Source of the DNA: an uncultured Actinomycetes bacterium
GTDB lineage: Bacteria > Actinomycetota > Coriobacteriia > Anaerosomatales > PHET01
NCBI GenBank assembly: GCA_963770765.1
Contig: CAVYQS010000005.1
Span: 205,242 to 269,241, forward strand
Reading direction: 5' to 3'
Length of the DNA stretch: 64,000 nucleotides
Numbering within the stretch: the stretch's first letter is position 1; each line of letters opens with the position of its first letter. The translations under genes and the position numbers were made by a program. The notes beneath the pieces are model-generated. The model saw only the letters and a program-made list of their open reading frames with translations, ran no database searches and was not told where the DNA came from. Shown piece after piece: positions 27,481 through 37,344 of the stretch.

Positions 27481-28586
27481 CGCGCCCGCAGCCTCGTGAA
27501 CGTCAGTCGGGGGTCTGCTGAGGGCGAACCCGCGGTCTCGCGCCTTCGACGAGGCCCACTGCGAAGCGGCCAGAACGCGAGGCCCGCAGGCCCCTTACCC
27601 ACAAAGGTCGTGAGCGGCCATTCGGTTGGGCGCCAGTGGTGTTTGTAGGAGTCCCCACCCCATCCGAGGTCGAAGGTCCGAGGCACTCCGGAGCACAACC
27701 AGTCGCGCATGACATGCGTGTCGAGCACCAATCCGGGGGAGTAGGCTGCGTAGTCCGGATCGTACGCGAGGAGGATCCCGTAGCGCGCGGCCCCGCGGAT
27801 GACGTCGTACGTCCCCGCAATCACCTTCTCATCGAACACCAGAGTCGACAGGACACCCTCGGTACCGAGCTCAGTCTGCCTGCGTATGAAGGCGACGTAC
27901 TCCCCGCCGATGAGATCGACGCTCAGCCCAGCGAGTTCGCGCTGCCTCACCTTGAGGTCGCAGAGGTGTCGCAGCAGATCGAAGCTCCGCTCGTCACCCA
28001 GCGTCTCTTCCTCAAACCGGAACCCGCCATCGCGTGTGAGGCGGTGGGTCTGCCTGTGCACGGCCTTCTGGCGACCCTTGCTCAGCGTCTGCTCATAGAA
28101 TTCGGGGTCCCCGCCCCCCGTGACCACGGGGACGACGCCGTGGCGATAAGAGTTCAGCGTCGCCGAGAGGGCCGGATACGCGACCGCGTCTGCCCGGATG
28201 TTGGATAAGAGCAGCGGCCGCGCCCGATTGGCTCGCTGCAGCCGTGAGACGGCTTCGCACACGAACTCGTCGGCCGAGACGTGCGTTTGCTGCGTGTCGA
28301 AGAGCACGTCTGCCGAGTCGAGGACATCGGGCAGGCCCATCCACGTGAGCACCCGGACCCCGTGTACGCGGGTCACGCACCCGGGAAAGAGCCCGACCGG
28401 GGCGTCGCCGTCGTGAAGAACCACGATCTGCGGATGCGCACCGACTCGACCGCCGAGCGTCTCGTACCAGGCGCGTGCCAGCGCGTAGGTCTGGAAGTAG
28501 GAGACGCCGTCTCGGCGCTCCAGCTCTGTCCAGCTCTCACGCGCCTGCTCGAGGCCGTCCGGGCCGCTCAGAATCGTGTAGGACAA
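27477..28586 (-). CDS. CelD/BioF2-like GNAT (FemAB-like) acyltransferase
   Basis: 369 aa. The organisation and sequence resemble Acetyltransf_6 proteins found in EPS loci. Its stop shares the CTAG with the convergent GT2 gene. Confidence 0.65.
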   Translation of the reverse strand: MSYTILSGPDGLEQARESWTELERRDGVSYFQTYALARAWYETLGGRVGAHPQIVVLHDGDAPVGLFPGCVTRVHGVRVLTWMGLPDVLDSADVLFDTQQTHVSADEFVCEAVSRLQRANRARPLLLSNIRADAVAYPALSATLNSYRHGVVPVVTGGGDPEFYEQTLSKGRQKAVHRQTHRLTRDGGFRFEEETLGDERSFDLLRHLCDLKVRQRELAGLSVDLIGGEYVAFIRRQTELGTEGVLSTLVFDEKVIAGTYDVIRGAARYGILLAYDPDYAAYSPGLVLDTHVMRDWLCSGVPRTFDLGWGGDSYKHHWRPTEWPLTTFVGKGPAGLAFWPLRSGPRRRRETAGSPSADPRLTFTRLRAR

Positions 28587-28604
28587 CGCTCCTCCTCGCG
28601 GATG

Positions 28605-29507
28605 CTACCGGGACCGGTCGCGAACCGCGGTGGTCGCGGGCGCCACCGTCTCGGCTGCGAAGCCTGCCAGCTGCAAGACCAGGTTCAAGCCGAGCAGCGG
28701 GGCGACCAAGACGATCTTCGGGCTCGTCGCGTTCATCTTGAGTATCCGGCCGTAGCTCGCGAACCGGTTGCCCACGTAGCCGCCCACCGGGACCTTGCGT
28801 GAGAACTGCCTCTTTGCGCGCCCGCGCCGATACGACCAGCTGCAGAACTCGACGACGCTCGTTCGGGCAGGGTGAACGACCGTGGCGTCGGGGCAGTACA
28901 GCACGCGGTGCCCCGCCTGTCGGAGCCGGTACGAGAACTCGGTGTCCTCGCCGCCCAGCGTCATCGACTCGTCGAAGCCGCCCAGTTCGCGAACGACGTC
29001 CGCGCGGATCGCACAGTTGCCGCTGGGGAGGTTGTCGGTGGTTCCGTCTTCGTGCACCGGGAACATCGTCGCGTAGCCGGCGCTGCCCCCGGCCGGAAAG
29101 CCCAGAGCCGAGATCGAGTCGCCCACGTACCCGGCGGGCGGGATGAGGATCGTCCCGGCGGCGGCGGAGATCGAAGGCGTGTCGAGCGCCGAGAGCAGCG
29201 AATCGAGCCACCCCGGTTGCGGCATGCAGTCGTCGTCGGTCCAGACGAGCACGTCGCCGCGTGCCGCCTCGATCACACGGTTGCGGTTGTACGCGAGGCC
29301 CCGTCGGGCGGGCACTTCGATCCAGCGCACCCCGGCGTCGTCGGTCGACTCGCGCGGCGTGTCGGTGTCCGCTGACTCGACGGCGACGATCAGCTCGGCA
29401 ACGCGGTCCTTGGGAAGCGCGAGAACGTGCGCTATCAGCCGGTCGAGCTCGGGGATGCGCTGCTTGGCGATCACACAGAAACTCACGCCGGGGTGCTCGG
29501 CACTCAC
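28605..29507 (-). CDS. Glycosyltransferase family 2
   Basis: VSFCVIAK.., WTDDDCMPQPGWL. The GTG start overlaps the upstream stop (GTGA). Confidence 0.8.
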   Translation of the reverse strand: MSAEHPGVSFCVIAKQRIPELDRLIAHVLALPKDRVAELIVAVESADTDTPRESTDDAGVRWIEVPARRGLAYNRNRVIEAARGDVLVWTDDDCMPQPGWLDSLLSALDTPSISAAAGTILIPPAGYVGDSISALGFPAGGSAGYATMFPVHEDGTTDNLPSGNCAIRADVVRELGGFDESMTLGGEDTEFSYRLRQAGHRVLYCPDATVVHPARTSVVEFCSWSYRRGRAKRQFSRKVPVGGYVGNRFASYGRILKMNATSPKIVLVAPLLGLNLVLQLAGFAAETVAPATTAVRDRSR

Positions 29508-30287
29508 CGCGCGCCGCCCTTCCCGGCAGCACGCCGCGCGGCGTCGTAGGCGGCGAAGAAGCGCCCTGATGTCTTGAGTCGGTCGAACGGAAGCCAATCG
29601 GTCCCATACACCGGGACGCGCCTGATCTCGAAGGCGTCGCCGCCGCCATGGGTCACGCTGAACCCGGCTTCGAACCCGGCGTCACGTACGGCCGCTTTAC
29701 TGTCAGGGTCGAGCCAACCGAAGGGGAAGGCGAAGTAGCGACCTTCCAATCCGTGTTCGAGGAGCGCGCTGCGCGAGCGCTGCGCTTCGGCTTTGGCGTC
29801 GGCGTAGCCGAGCGACTGCATCGCCAGGTGCCCGTCGCCGTGCGACCCGATGGTGACCCCCGCCGCGCTCGCGGCCCGCAGGTCGTCCCAGCTCATGAGC
29901 GATTCGCTGAGGTCCGTCCGGCGCCGCAGGCGGTCCAGGGGTGTCGGCTCGGAGCGCCACTCGTTGGTGCCGCCCACGTAGCGCGTGGGGACGAACAGCG
30001 CTGTTGCCGCGGTGAGGCCCAGCCGTTCGAGTACGGGCAGCGCGCGGGCCTGGAAGCTCGCAAGTCCGTCGTCGAAGGTGAGGCTGAAGCAGGGCTTCTC
30101 GGCGGGGTTCGGGGCTCAGGGGGCCGCATGCGATGGCTGCCTCGAGGGAGAGCGGCGTGTAGCCGGCGTCGAGCAGCCGCGTGAGCTGCCGCTCGAAGGC
30201 TCGCACGGTCATGACGTAGCGGCTGGTCCGCCTGTCTGACAGGTGGTGGTAGGCCAAGATCACCGGCCACTCGAGTCGCTGCGCCAT
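29504..30287 (-). pseudogene. Polysaccharide deacetylase (NodB family) with a +1 frameshift near 30097-30100
   Basis: N-terminal part MAQRLEWPVILAYHHL..GPLSPEP. C-terminal part AEKPCFSLTFDDGLASF..GSHGDGH... An extra C in a CCCC run (minus strand) separates them. Confidence 0.7.
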
Positions 30288-30289
30288 CG

Positions 30290-31180
30290 TCACCACCAGG
30301 TTCGGCCCGACAGCGCGGACAGCCGCCGCGTGTCGGCCAGGGACAGCCGCCTGCTCGCGTCGGCGCGGTTCGCACCCCAGTCGCCCACGCTGCGCACGAC
30401 CGTCTGCCACGTCTCACGCAGGTGCCCCTTGCGCGCGGCCGCGAGCAGCCCGTAGCCGATCCAGATCGCCGCGTGTACCTGCGCGTAGGGTGCCGGCAGG
30501 TAGCGCGCCGCAAGCCGCATTCGGATCTCGACATAGCCGGACTCGCGGTCGCCCGTGTTCTGCGGGCTGGGAATCGCCAGGTGCACGAACCGGATATCGG
30601 GTGCGAACAGGATACGTTTGTGCGCCTTGATGAAGCGCACCGAGACATCCTGCTCCCACGCGTAGTACTCGACGTCCGGATAGCCGCCCACATCGCGAAG
30701 GCTCTGCGCCCGAAAGGCGACCGCGCCTCCCAAGAACAGCCCGATGTCGGTGGGCTCGGTGGGCATCCGTTTGCTGCGCAACGGGATCTCCCGATGCCTG
30801 ATGGAGCCGTCGGGCGCCTCGACGCGAAAGCAGATCGCGGCCAGGTCGGGCTGAGCATCGAAGTACGCGACGATCCGGTCGGCCGCATCGGACTGCGCCA
30901 GATAGCCGTCGTCGTCGAGGTTGACCCAGATGTCGCCGCTCGAAGCGGCTGCGCCCTGCTCGAGTGCCGGACCGATGCCCACGCGCCCGGGGTTCTTGAT
31001 GTAGATGGTCTCGGGGAACTCGGCGAGCACCGCCTCGCGGCTGCCGTCGGTCGAGTTGTCATCGACCACGATCATCTCTTTGTGCGGGTAGGTCTGGGTG
31101 TCGATGCGCCGCAAGCACTCCAGCAATGAGTCCTTACGGTCGATGGTCGGGACGATGAAGGAGACCTTTGGGCTGCTCAT
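30290..31180 (-). CDS. Glycosyltransferase family 2
   Basis: MSSPKVSFIVPTIDR.., VVDDNSTDGS, LDDDGY. The track ORF is over-extended 5'. Confidence 0.85.
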   Translation of the reverse strand: MSSPKVSFIVPTIDRKDSLLECLRRIDTQTYPHKEMIVVDDNSTDGSREAVLAEFPETIYIKNPGRVGIGPALEQGAAASSGDIWVNLDDDGYLAQSDAADRIVAYFDAQPDLAAICFRVEAPDGSIRHREIPLRSKRMPTEPTDIGLFLGGAVAFRAQSLRDVGGYPDVEYYAWEQDVSVRFIKAHKRILFAPDIRFVHLAIPSPQNTGDRESGYVEIRMRLAARYLPAPYAQVHAAIWIGYGLLAAARKGHLRETWQTVVRSVGDWGANRADASRRLSLADTRRLSALSGRTWW

Positions 31181-31220
31181 GTCGACTATCATAGGGCAAC
31201 AGTCGGCAGGGGAGGTGGCA

Positions 31221-32651
31221 GTGCGAACAAGCGTGGCGCGGGGAGCGCTTCTCGGCTTTGCCGGGCAAGCGTGGCATCTTGCGGCCACGTTCTTCCTGTA
31301 CGCATTCCTCGCGCGCCAGCTGGGCCCCGAGCTGTTCGGGCAGTGGCGCGTCGTCCTCTCGGTGCTCGGGTGGTTCGAGATCGTGCTGTACTCGGGCATC
31401 ACCAGCGTCGCGACCAAGGCGATAGCCGAGAAGCCCGAGGACACGCCCTCGCTCGCACGCGCGACCTACTGGGGACAGGGCATCGTCGTCGCGGCGGTCG
31501 TCGTGCTGATGGTCGTGCTCGCCGGTCCGGTCGCCGGTTCGCTGTCCGACCCGGCTCTCGCCACCTACATCCGCATCTCGGCGCTGGACGTGCCCTTCTA
31601 CGCGCTGTTCATGTCCGCGATCGCGCTCCTGCTCGGCAAGCAGCGGTTCGAGCGCCAGGTCGTCGCGATGGCAGCCTACTCGACGGCCAAGGTCGTCTCC
31701 ATTGGCGTGCTGGTCGCGCTGGGGTTCTCGGTGACCGGCGCGCTCGTGGGAAACGCGCTCGCGTCCGTGGTCGGCTTCGCCGTCGCGTTCGTCCCGCTTC
31801 CCGGAAGACGTGTATCGCTGAAGTCACTCACACCGGTGGTGCGCTGGCTGTACGTGGCATCGGTGCCGTTCATCACGTTGAGCCTCGTGAGCGGCTTGGG
31901 TCGCAGCGCGGACCTGTGGCTCGTCTCGGCAACGGTCGCGAGTGCCGTCGCAGTGGGATGGTACGCATCGGCGACCGTTCTGGCCGAGGTGCCCTTGTTC
32001 ATCTTCGACGGCCTGTCCAGGGTGCTGTTCCCGTCGATCGCGCGCTCCCTGTCCGAGGACGACAAGGCTCTGTCGTCGCGCTATGCCGTTCAGGCGGTAA
32101 GGCTCGGGCTCATGGTCACGGTGCTCGTCGTTGGCCTGGTGGTGGGGAGTGGCCGGCAGATACTGGAGTTCCTCTACTCGGCGGAGTTCCTGGGCGCCTA
32201 CATCCCGTTCGCGATACTCACGGTCGCCTCAGTGGGTCGCGTGACCCAGTCGAGCTGTACCCACATCCTGATGGCGCAGGACCGCCGCATACTTGCGAAT
32301 ACCATCCTCGTGGTCACACTCGGGATCCAGCTTGCGCTGTTGGTGATCGCTGCGTCGCGCTACGGCGCGGTCGGTGCCGCTGCCGCGGCGAGCACGGCGG
32401 CGGTTTTCGCGGGCGTGTGGTCGGCCGTGGCGGTCCGGGACCTTCTGGGCTTCAGGCCGCTGGCCACCTTGGCGCGGTGCAGTGCCGCCGCCGCAGTCGT
32501 GGCGCTGGCGCTGTACAGCGTGTCGTTCCCGCCCGCGTACGTCCTGCTCGTGCTTCCCGCCGGGTCGGTCGTCTACCTTGTGCTGCTGTCCCTGTTCGGG
32601 GAGATCGGTCGCGACGACTACGCTGCGGTTCGCGCCGCGATTGGTCGATAA
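31221..32651 (+). CDS. Wzx-like oligosaccharide flippase (MOP superfamily)
   Basis: About 14 TM segments and a polysaccharide-biosynthesis-protein-like sequence. GTG start after GGGGAGGTGG. Confidence 0.8.
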   Translation: MRTSVARGALLGFAGQAWHLAATFFLYAFLARQLGPELFGQWRVVLSVLGWFEIVLYSGITSVATKAIAEKPEDTPSLARATYWGQGIVVAAVVVLMVVLAGPVAGSLSDPALATYIRISALDVPFYALFMSAIALLLGKQRFERQVVAMAAYSTAKVVSIGVLVALGFSVTGALVGNALASVVGFAVAFVPLPGRRVSLKSLTPVVRWLYVASVPFITLSLVSGLGRSADLWLVSATVASAVAVGWYASATVLAEVPLFIFDGLSRVLFPSIARSLSEDDKALSSRYAVQAVRLGLMVTVLVVGLVVGSGRQILEFLYSAEFLGAYIPFAILTVASVGRVTQSSCTHILMAQDRRILANTILVVTLGIQLALLVIAASRYGAVGAAAAASTAAVFAGVWSAVAVRDLLGFRPLATLARCSAAAAVVALALYSVSFPPAYVLLVLPAGSVVYLVLLSLFGEIGRDDYAAVRAAIGR

Positions 32652-32658
32652 GACATTC

Positions 32659-34320
32659 GTGAGGATTACCGCTGCGACATCCACCGGTGCTCCCGGCATA
32701 AGGCGGCTGCTCGACGATCCCGTCGAACGGCTGACGCTGCTGTCCTTGATCGGGCTCACGATACTCGGCGCGGCGCTGAGGTGGATCTCGATCGACAGCA
32801 GGGGGCTGTGGCTCGACGAGGCCGTCACCGTGGTGCAGGCCCGGCGAACCATCCCGCTCATCATCGAGACCGTCGCCCAGGGCGTCCATCCGCCGCTGTT
32901 CCACATCCTGATGCACTTCTGGGTCACGGTCTTCGGCGTATCCGAGGCTGCGGTTCGGAGCTACGCATCGGTGTGGGGCACCCTGTCGATCCCCGCGGCG
33001 TACTGGGCTGCGCGCTCCTTCTACGACCGCCGCAGCGGCCTCATCGCGGCCCTCATCGTCTCGGTCTCCCCGTACCTGATCTGGTTCTCGCAAGAGGCGC
33101 GCATGTACTCGATGCAGCTGTTCTTCGCGTTCCTGAGCTTGGGCTTCCTCAAGCTCGCCTGCCGCCACAACCGGCCCCGGTACTGGGTCGGCTACGCCCT
33201 CGCGACCGCACTCGGCATGTTCACGCACTACTTCTTCGCGTTCCTCGTGTTGGGGCAGGGACTCTACTTCGTGATCGTGGAGGTCCTCGTCGTCCACACG
33301 CGCCTGAGGCGCGAGGGGCGGGCGATCTCCTCGTGGCGGCGCCCCTGGAGGCTGTTCGAAGAGATCCCCAAGCTCGGGCCGTGGCTGATGTGCGTCGCGT
33401 TCATCGGCGTGCTCTACGGAGTGTGGCTGAGCCGCTCGGTGTTCTTGGGCGACGGTAATCCGCTGCTCGTCTCGGCGGGCGGCGGTGGCCTGGGGTACGG
33501 CCAAGTCGCGCCCGAGTGGAGGCTGCGTTTCGCTGAGGTCGGCACCATCGTGATCGAGATGATGTTCGGCTTCCACCCGCTGTGGCTCACGACCGCGGTG
33601 GTCGCGATGTGGCCCGTCGTCATCTACGCGGTGCTCGCGCTCCTCGACTACATGGAGTTCCTCGCACGACGGTCCACGATCGCGCTGTGGGCCACGATCG
33701 GCCTCGTGGTCCTGGCTGTCCTGGGCCAGTGGCAGGGTCAGGCCCTCGCGTCCCGCTACTACATATCGCTCGCTGCGCCCATGGTGATCCTCGTCGGCGG
33801 GGTCCTGGGGGCCATGGCGACGGGCCGGCGCCGCGGGTTCCTCATCGTGGGGGTGCTGATCAGTATCGCCGCATGGGGAAGCCAGTCCTACAACCCGCAG
33901 ACCACCGTGCGGTTCGAGTACCGAGAAGCGCTCAACACGATCGTCGACCAGTCCCAGCCCGGCGACGTCGTCATCTACGAACCGCTCTACCTCGACCCCG
34001 TGATGCTGTACTACGTGCCCCCCGAGATCCCGGCGTATCCCTTCCCGCAATACACCGCGGAGGGCGACGAGCGTCGGGCTCCCGCCGAGATCCGTGCCGA
34101 CTTGGAGCGTACGGTGGGACCCGCGCAGCGTGTGTGGGTGGCTCTGGGCTTCCGCGAGATCCCGGTGGTCAACGAGGATGCCATCAATACGCTCGCGTGG
34201 TTCGAGGACGAGGGCTTCGCGCTGAGCGCGACCTACGAGTTCAATCGGATGCAGGTCTATCTGTTCGAGCGCATGTACGATACGAGAGCGCCCGTCGACT
34301 TGCTGGAGGTGACGCCATGA
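32659..34320 (+). CDS. GT-C fold glycosyltransferase (GT39/ArnT/PMT_2-like)
   Basis: GLWLDEAVTVVQA.., HPPLFHILMHFW, polytopic N-terminal half and a soluble C-terminal domain. Confidence 0.8.
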   Translation: MRITAATSTGAPGIRRLLDDPVERLTLLSLIGLTILGAALRWISIDSRGLWLDEAVTVVQARRTIPLIIETVAQGVHPPLFHILMHFWVTVFGVSEAAVRSYASVWGTLSIPAAYWAARSFYDRRSGLIAALIVSVSPYLIWFSQEARMYSMQLFFAFLSLGFLKLACRHNRPRYWVGYALATALGMFTHYFFAFLVLGQGLYFVIVEVLVVHTRLRREGRAISSWRRPWRLFEEIPKLGPWLMCVAFIGVLYGVWLSRSVFLGDGNPLLVSAGGGGLGYGQVAPEWRLRFAEVGTIVIEMMFGFHPLWLTTAVVAMWPVVIYAVLALLDYMEFLARRSTIALWATIGLVVLAVLGQWQGQALASRYYISLAAPMVILVGGVLGAMATGRRRGFLIVGVLISIAAWGSQSYNPQTTVRFEYREALNTIVDQSQPGDVVIYEPLYLDPVMLYYVPPEIPAYPFPQYTAEGDERRAPAEIRADLERTVGPAQRVWVALGFREIPVVNEDAINTLAWFEDEGFALSATYEFNRMQVYLFERMYDTRAPVDLLEVTP

Positions 34321-35864
34321 TCGAGATCGCGCGATCGCGGCGCCCCTCGTATCTCGTGATCTGTCGGGCCCTTTCGGTCCTGTCGGGAATCGCGGCCATC
34401 GTCTACCTCAAGTGGTTGCTGTTCGACGCCCGGCCCGACAACTACATCCTCTACGGCATGCTGGTCGCCGCCGAGCTGTTCAACGTCGCACAGGCGTCAG
34501 GCTACTGGCACACGATCATCACGCAACAGTGGGTCGAACCCCCGACGCCGAACTTCTCGAAGACCATGGAGAGCGTCGACATCTACGTGACCGTCTTCGG
34601 CGAGCCGGCCGATATCGTGGAGCGCACCGTCGCGGCCGCGGCCGCGATACGCCACCCACGCAAGACCGTGTACGTGCTCGACGATGGCAGCTCGCCGGCG
34701 ATCCTCAAGATCGCGCGGCGTCACCGGGCGAAGTACCTGACCCGCCCCACGAACCGCGGGGCGAAAGCGGGCAACATCAACGACGCCATGAAGCGCACCG
34801 ACGGGGACTACATCCTGGTCTTCGACGCCGACCACGTCGCGGCACCGGAGTTCCTCGAAAGGACTCTGGGAGTCTTCTCGGACATCACGGTGGCGTTCGT
34901 TCAGACGCCACAGGTCTACTGGAACAAGCCGATCAACCGTGTCGCTGCGGGCTCCAACGATCAGCAGGGCGTCTTCTACGGCGCGATCATGCGCGGGAAG
35001 AACACCACCGGCTCGGCCTTCGCCTGCGGCACGAACGTGGTCTATCAGCGTGCCGCCCTTGAGGAGATCGGCGGAATGCCCGAGGACTCCATCACCGAGG
35101 ATCAAAGGGCGTCCCTGCTCTTCCTCGAAAGAGGCTACCGGTCTGTCTACGTGCCCACGGTCCTTGCCCGCGGCATGGGCCCGGTCGACGTCGGCAGCTA
35201 CTTCAACCAGCAGTTCCGATGGGCCCGCGGGTCGTTCGACATCATGTACCACCACAAGCCGTTCTTCCGCGGGATGCCGTTCGTCACGCGCTTCCAGTAC
35301 TTCCTGTGCTTCCTGTACTGGTTCAGCGGCTGGGCGTACGTCGCGTACATGGTCCTGCCCGTGGCGTACCTGTTCTTCGGGTTGCGGCCGATCCAGGTGC
35401 CTAACGACTACCCGGTGTACTTCCTGCCCTACATCGTCATCTCGCTGGTCACCATCGGCTACTCCACCGACTTCAAGATGAGCTTCGCCGGTCTGTGGTT
35501 CACGCTGGCGTCGTTCCCCGTGTTCATCAAGGCATCCATCGTGGCGCTCAGCCGACGACCGGCCAAGTTCGTCGTCACGTCGAAGGAGGCCGGCACGCGG
35601 ACCTTCAGGCCGGTGCGGATCCAGATCGCGGTGGTCGCCTTGCTGCTCGCCGCGATCGTGCACGGCATCTACCGGTTCGGGTTCGTTCCTGCGACGATGA
35701 ACAACGTCGCGATCGCCCTCGGGCACATATTCATAATCCAGGGGTTCATTCGCTACTCGTACCGCCCGGAGGCATCCCGAATGAACACGGTCGACATCTT
35801 CGACGTGGAACCCCGGCGCAACCCGCCCGGTATCGCAGAACTGATCGAAGGTGAGAGCGCATGA
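34317..35864 (+). CDS. Processive GT2 synthase, cellulose-synthase (BcsA/CesA)-like, with no PilZ domain
   Basis: VLDDGS, FDADH, AFACGTNVVY, ITEDQRASL (TED), QQFRWARG (QxxRW). ATGA overlap with the GT-C gene. Confidence 0.85.
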   Translation: MIEIARSRRPSYLVICRALSVLSGIAAIVYLKWLLFDARPDNYILYGMLVAAELFNVAQASGYWHTIITQQWVEPPTPNFSKTMESVDIYVTVFGEPADIVERTVAAAAAIRHPRKTVYVLDDGSSPAILKIARRHRAKYLTRPTNRGAKAGNINDAMKRTDGDYILVFDADHVAAPEFLERTLGVFSDITVAFVQTPQVYWNKPINRVAAGSNDQQGVFYGAIMRGKNTTGSAFACGTNVVYQRAALEEIGGMPEDSITEDQRASLLFLERGYRSVYVPTVLARGMGPVDVGSYFNQQFRWARGSFDIMYHHKPFFRGMPFVTRFQYFLCFLYWFSGWAYVAYMVLPVAYLFFGLRPIQVPNDYPVYFLPYIVISLVTIGYSTDFKMSFAGLWFTLASFPVFIKASIVALSRRPAKFVVTSKEAGTRTFRPVRIQIAVVALLLAAIVHGIYRFGFVPATMNNVAIALGHIFIIQGFIRYSYRPEASRMNTVDIFDVEPRRNPPGIAELIEGESA

Positions 35865-35915
35865 TGCTCGGCACTCACGAGAACACGTCGCGAACGGACT
35901 CTCGGCCGCCGGCGG

Positions 35916-37100
35916 GTGTCCCCGGCCATCGGCCTGTGCGTGGTCATCGCAACCGCAGCGGCCCTGCTCTCGGGCTGTGCTGAGCAACCGAGGGGGGCCC
36001 TGTCCGACCCGGACTTCGTGCCCGACGAGTACGCTGTCGTGACCACGCCCACGGTGCCGCTCGCGGGGGTGGTCGCACCGCCGGAGACCGGCGCGTTCGC
36101 GGGCGTCTTCAGGCCGCCGGCACCGCTCGATATGGCGCGCTTCGACGCCTACGTCGACATGACCGACAGGGACCCGGCGATCTTGATGTGGTTCCAGCCG
36201 TGGGCGCAGACGGAGACCGCTCCCTACCGGTTCGATGCGGCTGCAGTCGTCGCCACGATGCGCCGGGGGGCCATCCCCATGATCTCGTGGGAGCCGTGGG
36301 ACCCGGGTACGGATCCCGGGTTGCTCGACCGGCCCGACGATCAGTCGGACTTCCGGCTGCAACGCATCGTCGACGGCGAATTCGACGCCTACATCCGCGA
36401 ATGGGCCAAGGGCTGCGCGACGGTGGGCGGACCGATCATGCTGCGACCCATGCACGAGATGAACGGCAACTGGTACCCGTGGAACGGGTTCGTGAACGGC
36501 AACTCGCCGAAGCTCTACATCGCCGCATGGCGCCACGTCCACGACATCTTCGTCGAGGAGGGGGCGACCAACGTCACGTGGGTCTGGAGCGTCAACCACA
36601 CGAGTGGCCCCGACGTCGCGAAGAACTACCCCGAGGTCTACTACCCCGGCGACGCGTACGTGGACTGGATCGGCATAAGCGGCTTCAACTGGGGGAACTC
36701 GAGACCCGGCCTGAGCTGGAGCAGCTTCAGGAAGACCTACGATGCGTCGATCGAGTATCTCAGGCGCTACGGCAAGCCGATGGCGATCTGCGAGTTCGCC
36801 AGCGTCGAGGCACCGGGCGACAAGGCCGAGTGGATCGCCGACGCCTATGAGCGGATCCGAACGGAGTATCCCGAGATCAAGGCGGTCATCTACTACGACA
36901 ACCTCGAGCAGGGCGTGAAGGGCAAGCAGGACTGGAACGTGGACAGTTCGCCCGAGAGCCTGGCCGCCTACAAGGAGGCGATCGGCGATCCGTACTTCGT
37001 GGGGGCGGTCGCACCGACTCTTGAAGAATGGTCCGCTCAGCTGGACCCGAAACACTGGGCCTACCTGCTGAGCATCCGAAGGATCTACTACGCCGATTAG
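35916..37100 (+). CDS. GH26-like glycoside hydrolase, lipoprotein
   Basis: Lipobox AALLSGC, MHEMNGNWYPWNG, CEFASVE. The true start may be ATG 35861 in another frame (see finding). Confidence 0.75.
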   Translation: MSPAIGLCVVIATAAALLSGCAEQPRGALSDPDFVPDEYAVVTTPTVPLAGVVAPPETGAFAGVFRPPAPLDMARFDAYVDMTDRDPAILMWFQPWAQTETAPYRFDAAAVVATMRRGAIPMISWEPWDPGTDPGLLDRPDDQSDFRLQRIVDGEFDAYIREWAKGCATVGGPIMLRPMHEMNGNWYPWNGFVNGNSPKLYIAAWRHVHDIFVEEGATNVTWVWSVNHTSGPDVAKNYPEVYYPGDAYVDWIGISGFNWGNSRPGLSWSSFRKTYDASIEYLRRYGKPMAICEFASVEAPGDKAEWIADAYERIRTEYPEIKAVIYYDNLEQGVKGKQDWNVDSSPESLAAYKEAIGDPYFVGAVAPTLEEWSAQLDPKHWAYLLSIRRIYYAD

Positions 37101-37261
37101 GGCCGCCGGAGGTACGGAGGGCGCACGACCGTCTGCCGTGCGCACCTTCGCGAGTGACGAAAGTCACAGTCGCAGGTCAAGCCGGCTACGCGAGCGGCCG
37201 ATAACAAGGAGCGTGGAGAACGAAGGCCCGAGGGCCTTCCCGACCACTCACTGACAACCCG

Positions 37262-37340
37262 ACAAAGGCAAACCCGTCGCGAGGCGGGGGCGCAAAACCA
37301 AGGGTCTCTCGCGAGAGACAGCCTAGTTGCCGAAGGTGAT
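37262..37340 (+). promoter_or_regulatory. Candidate c-di-GMP-I (GEMM-I) riboswitch
   Basis: ACAAAGGCAAACC-CGUC-GCGA-GGCG-GGGGCGCAAAACC-AAGG-GUCUCUC-GCGA-GAGAGAC-AGCCUAGUUGCCGAAGG. Compare the Vc2 core GGCAAACC..GAAA..GGGACGCAAAGCC...AGC.GGGUUACCGA. The GAAGGUGA SD follows immediately. Confidence 0.6.
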
Positions 37341-37344
37341 CGTC

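Noticed and set aside
34497-37145. 882-aa minus-strand ORF, the longest antisense ORF in the track. Similar cases: 50730-52763 (677 aa), 54156-55991 (611 aa), 7422-8435, 32452-34050, 23076-24524.
   Set aside because: All lie antisense to genes with strong family motifs (BcsA-like synthase/GH26, P-type ATPase, purL, permease). Their translations are Arg/Asp/His/Gly-rich low-complexity strings, which is typical of shadow ORFs in high-GC DNA.
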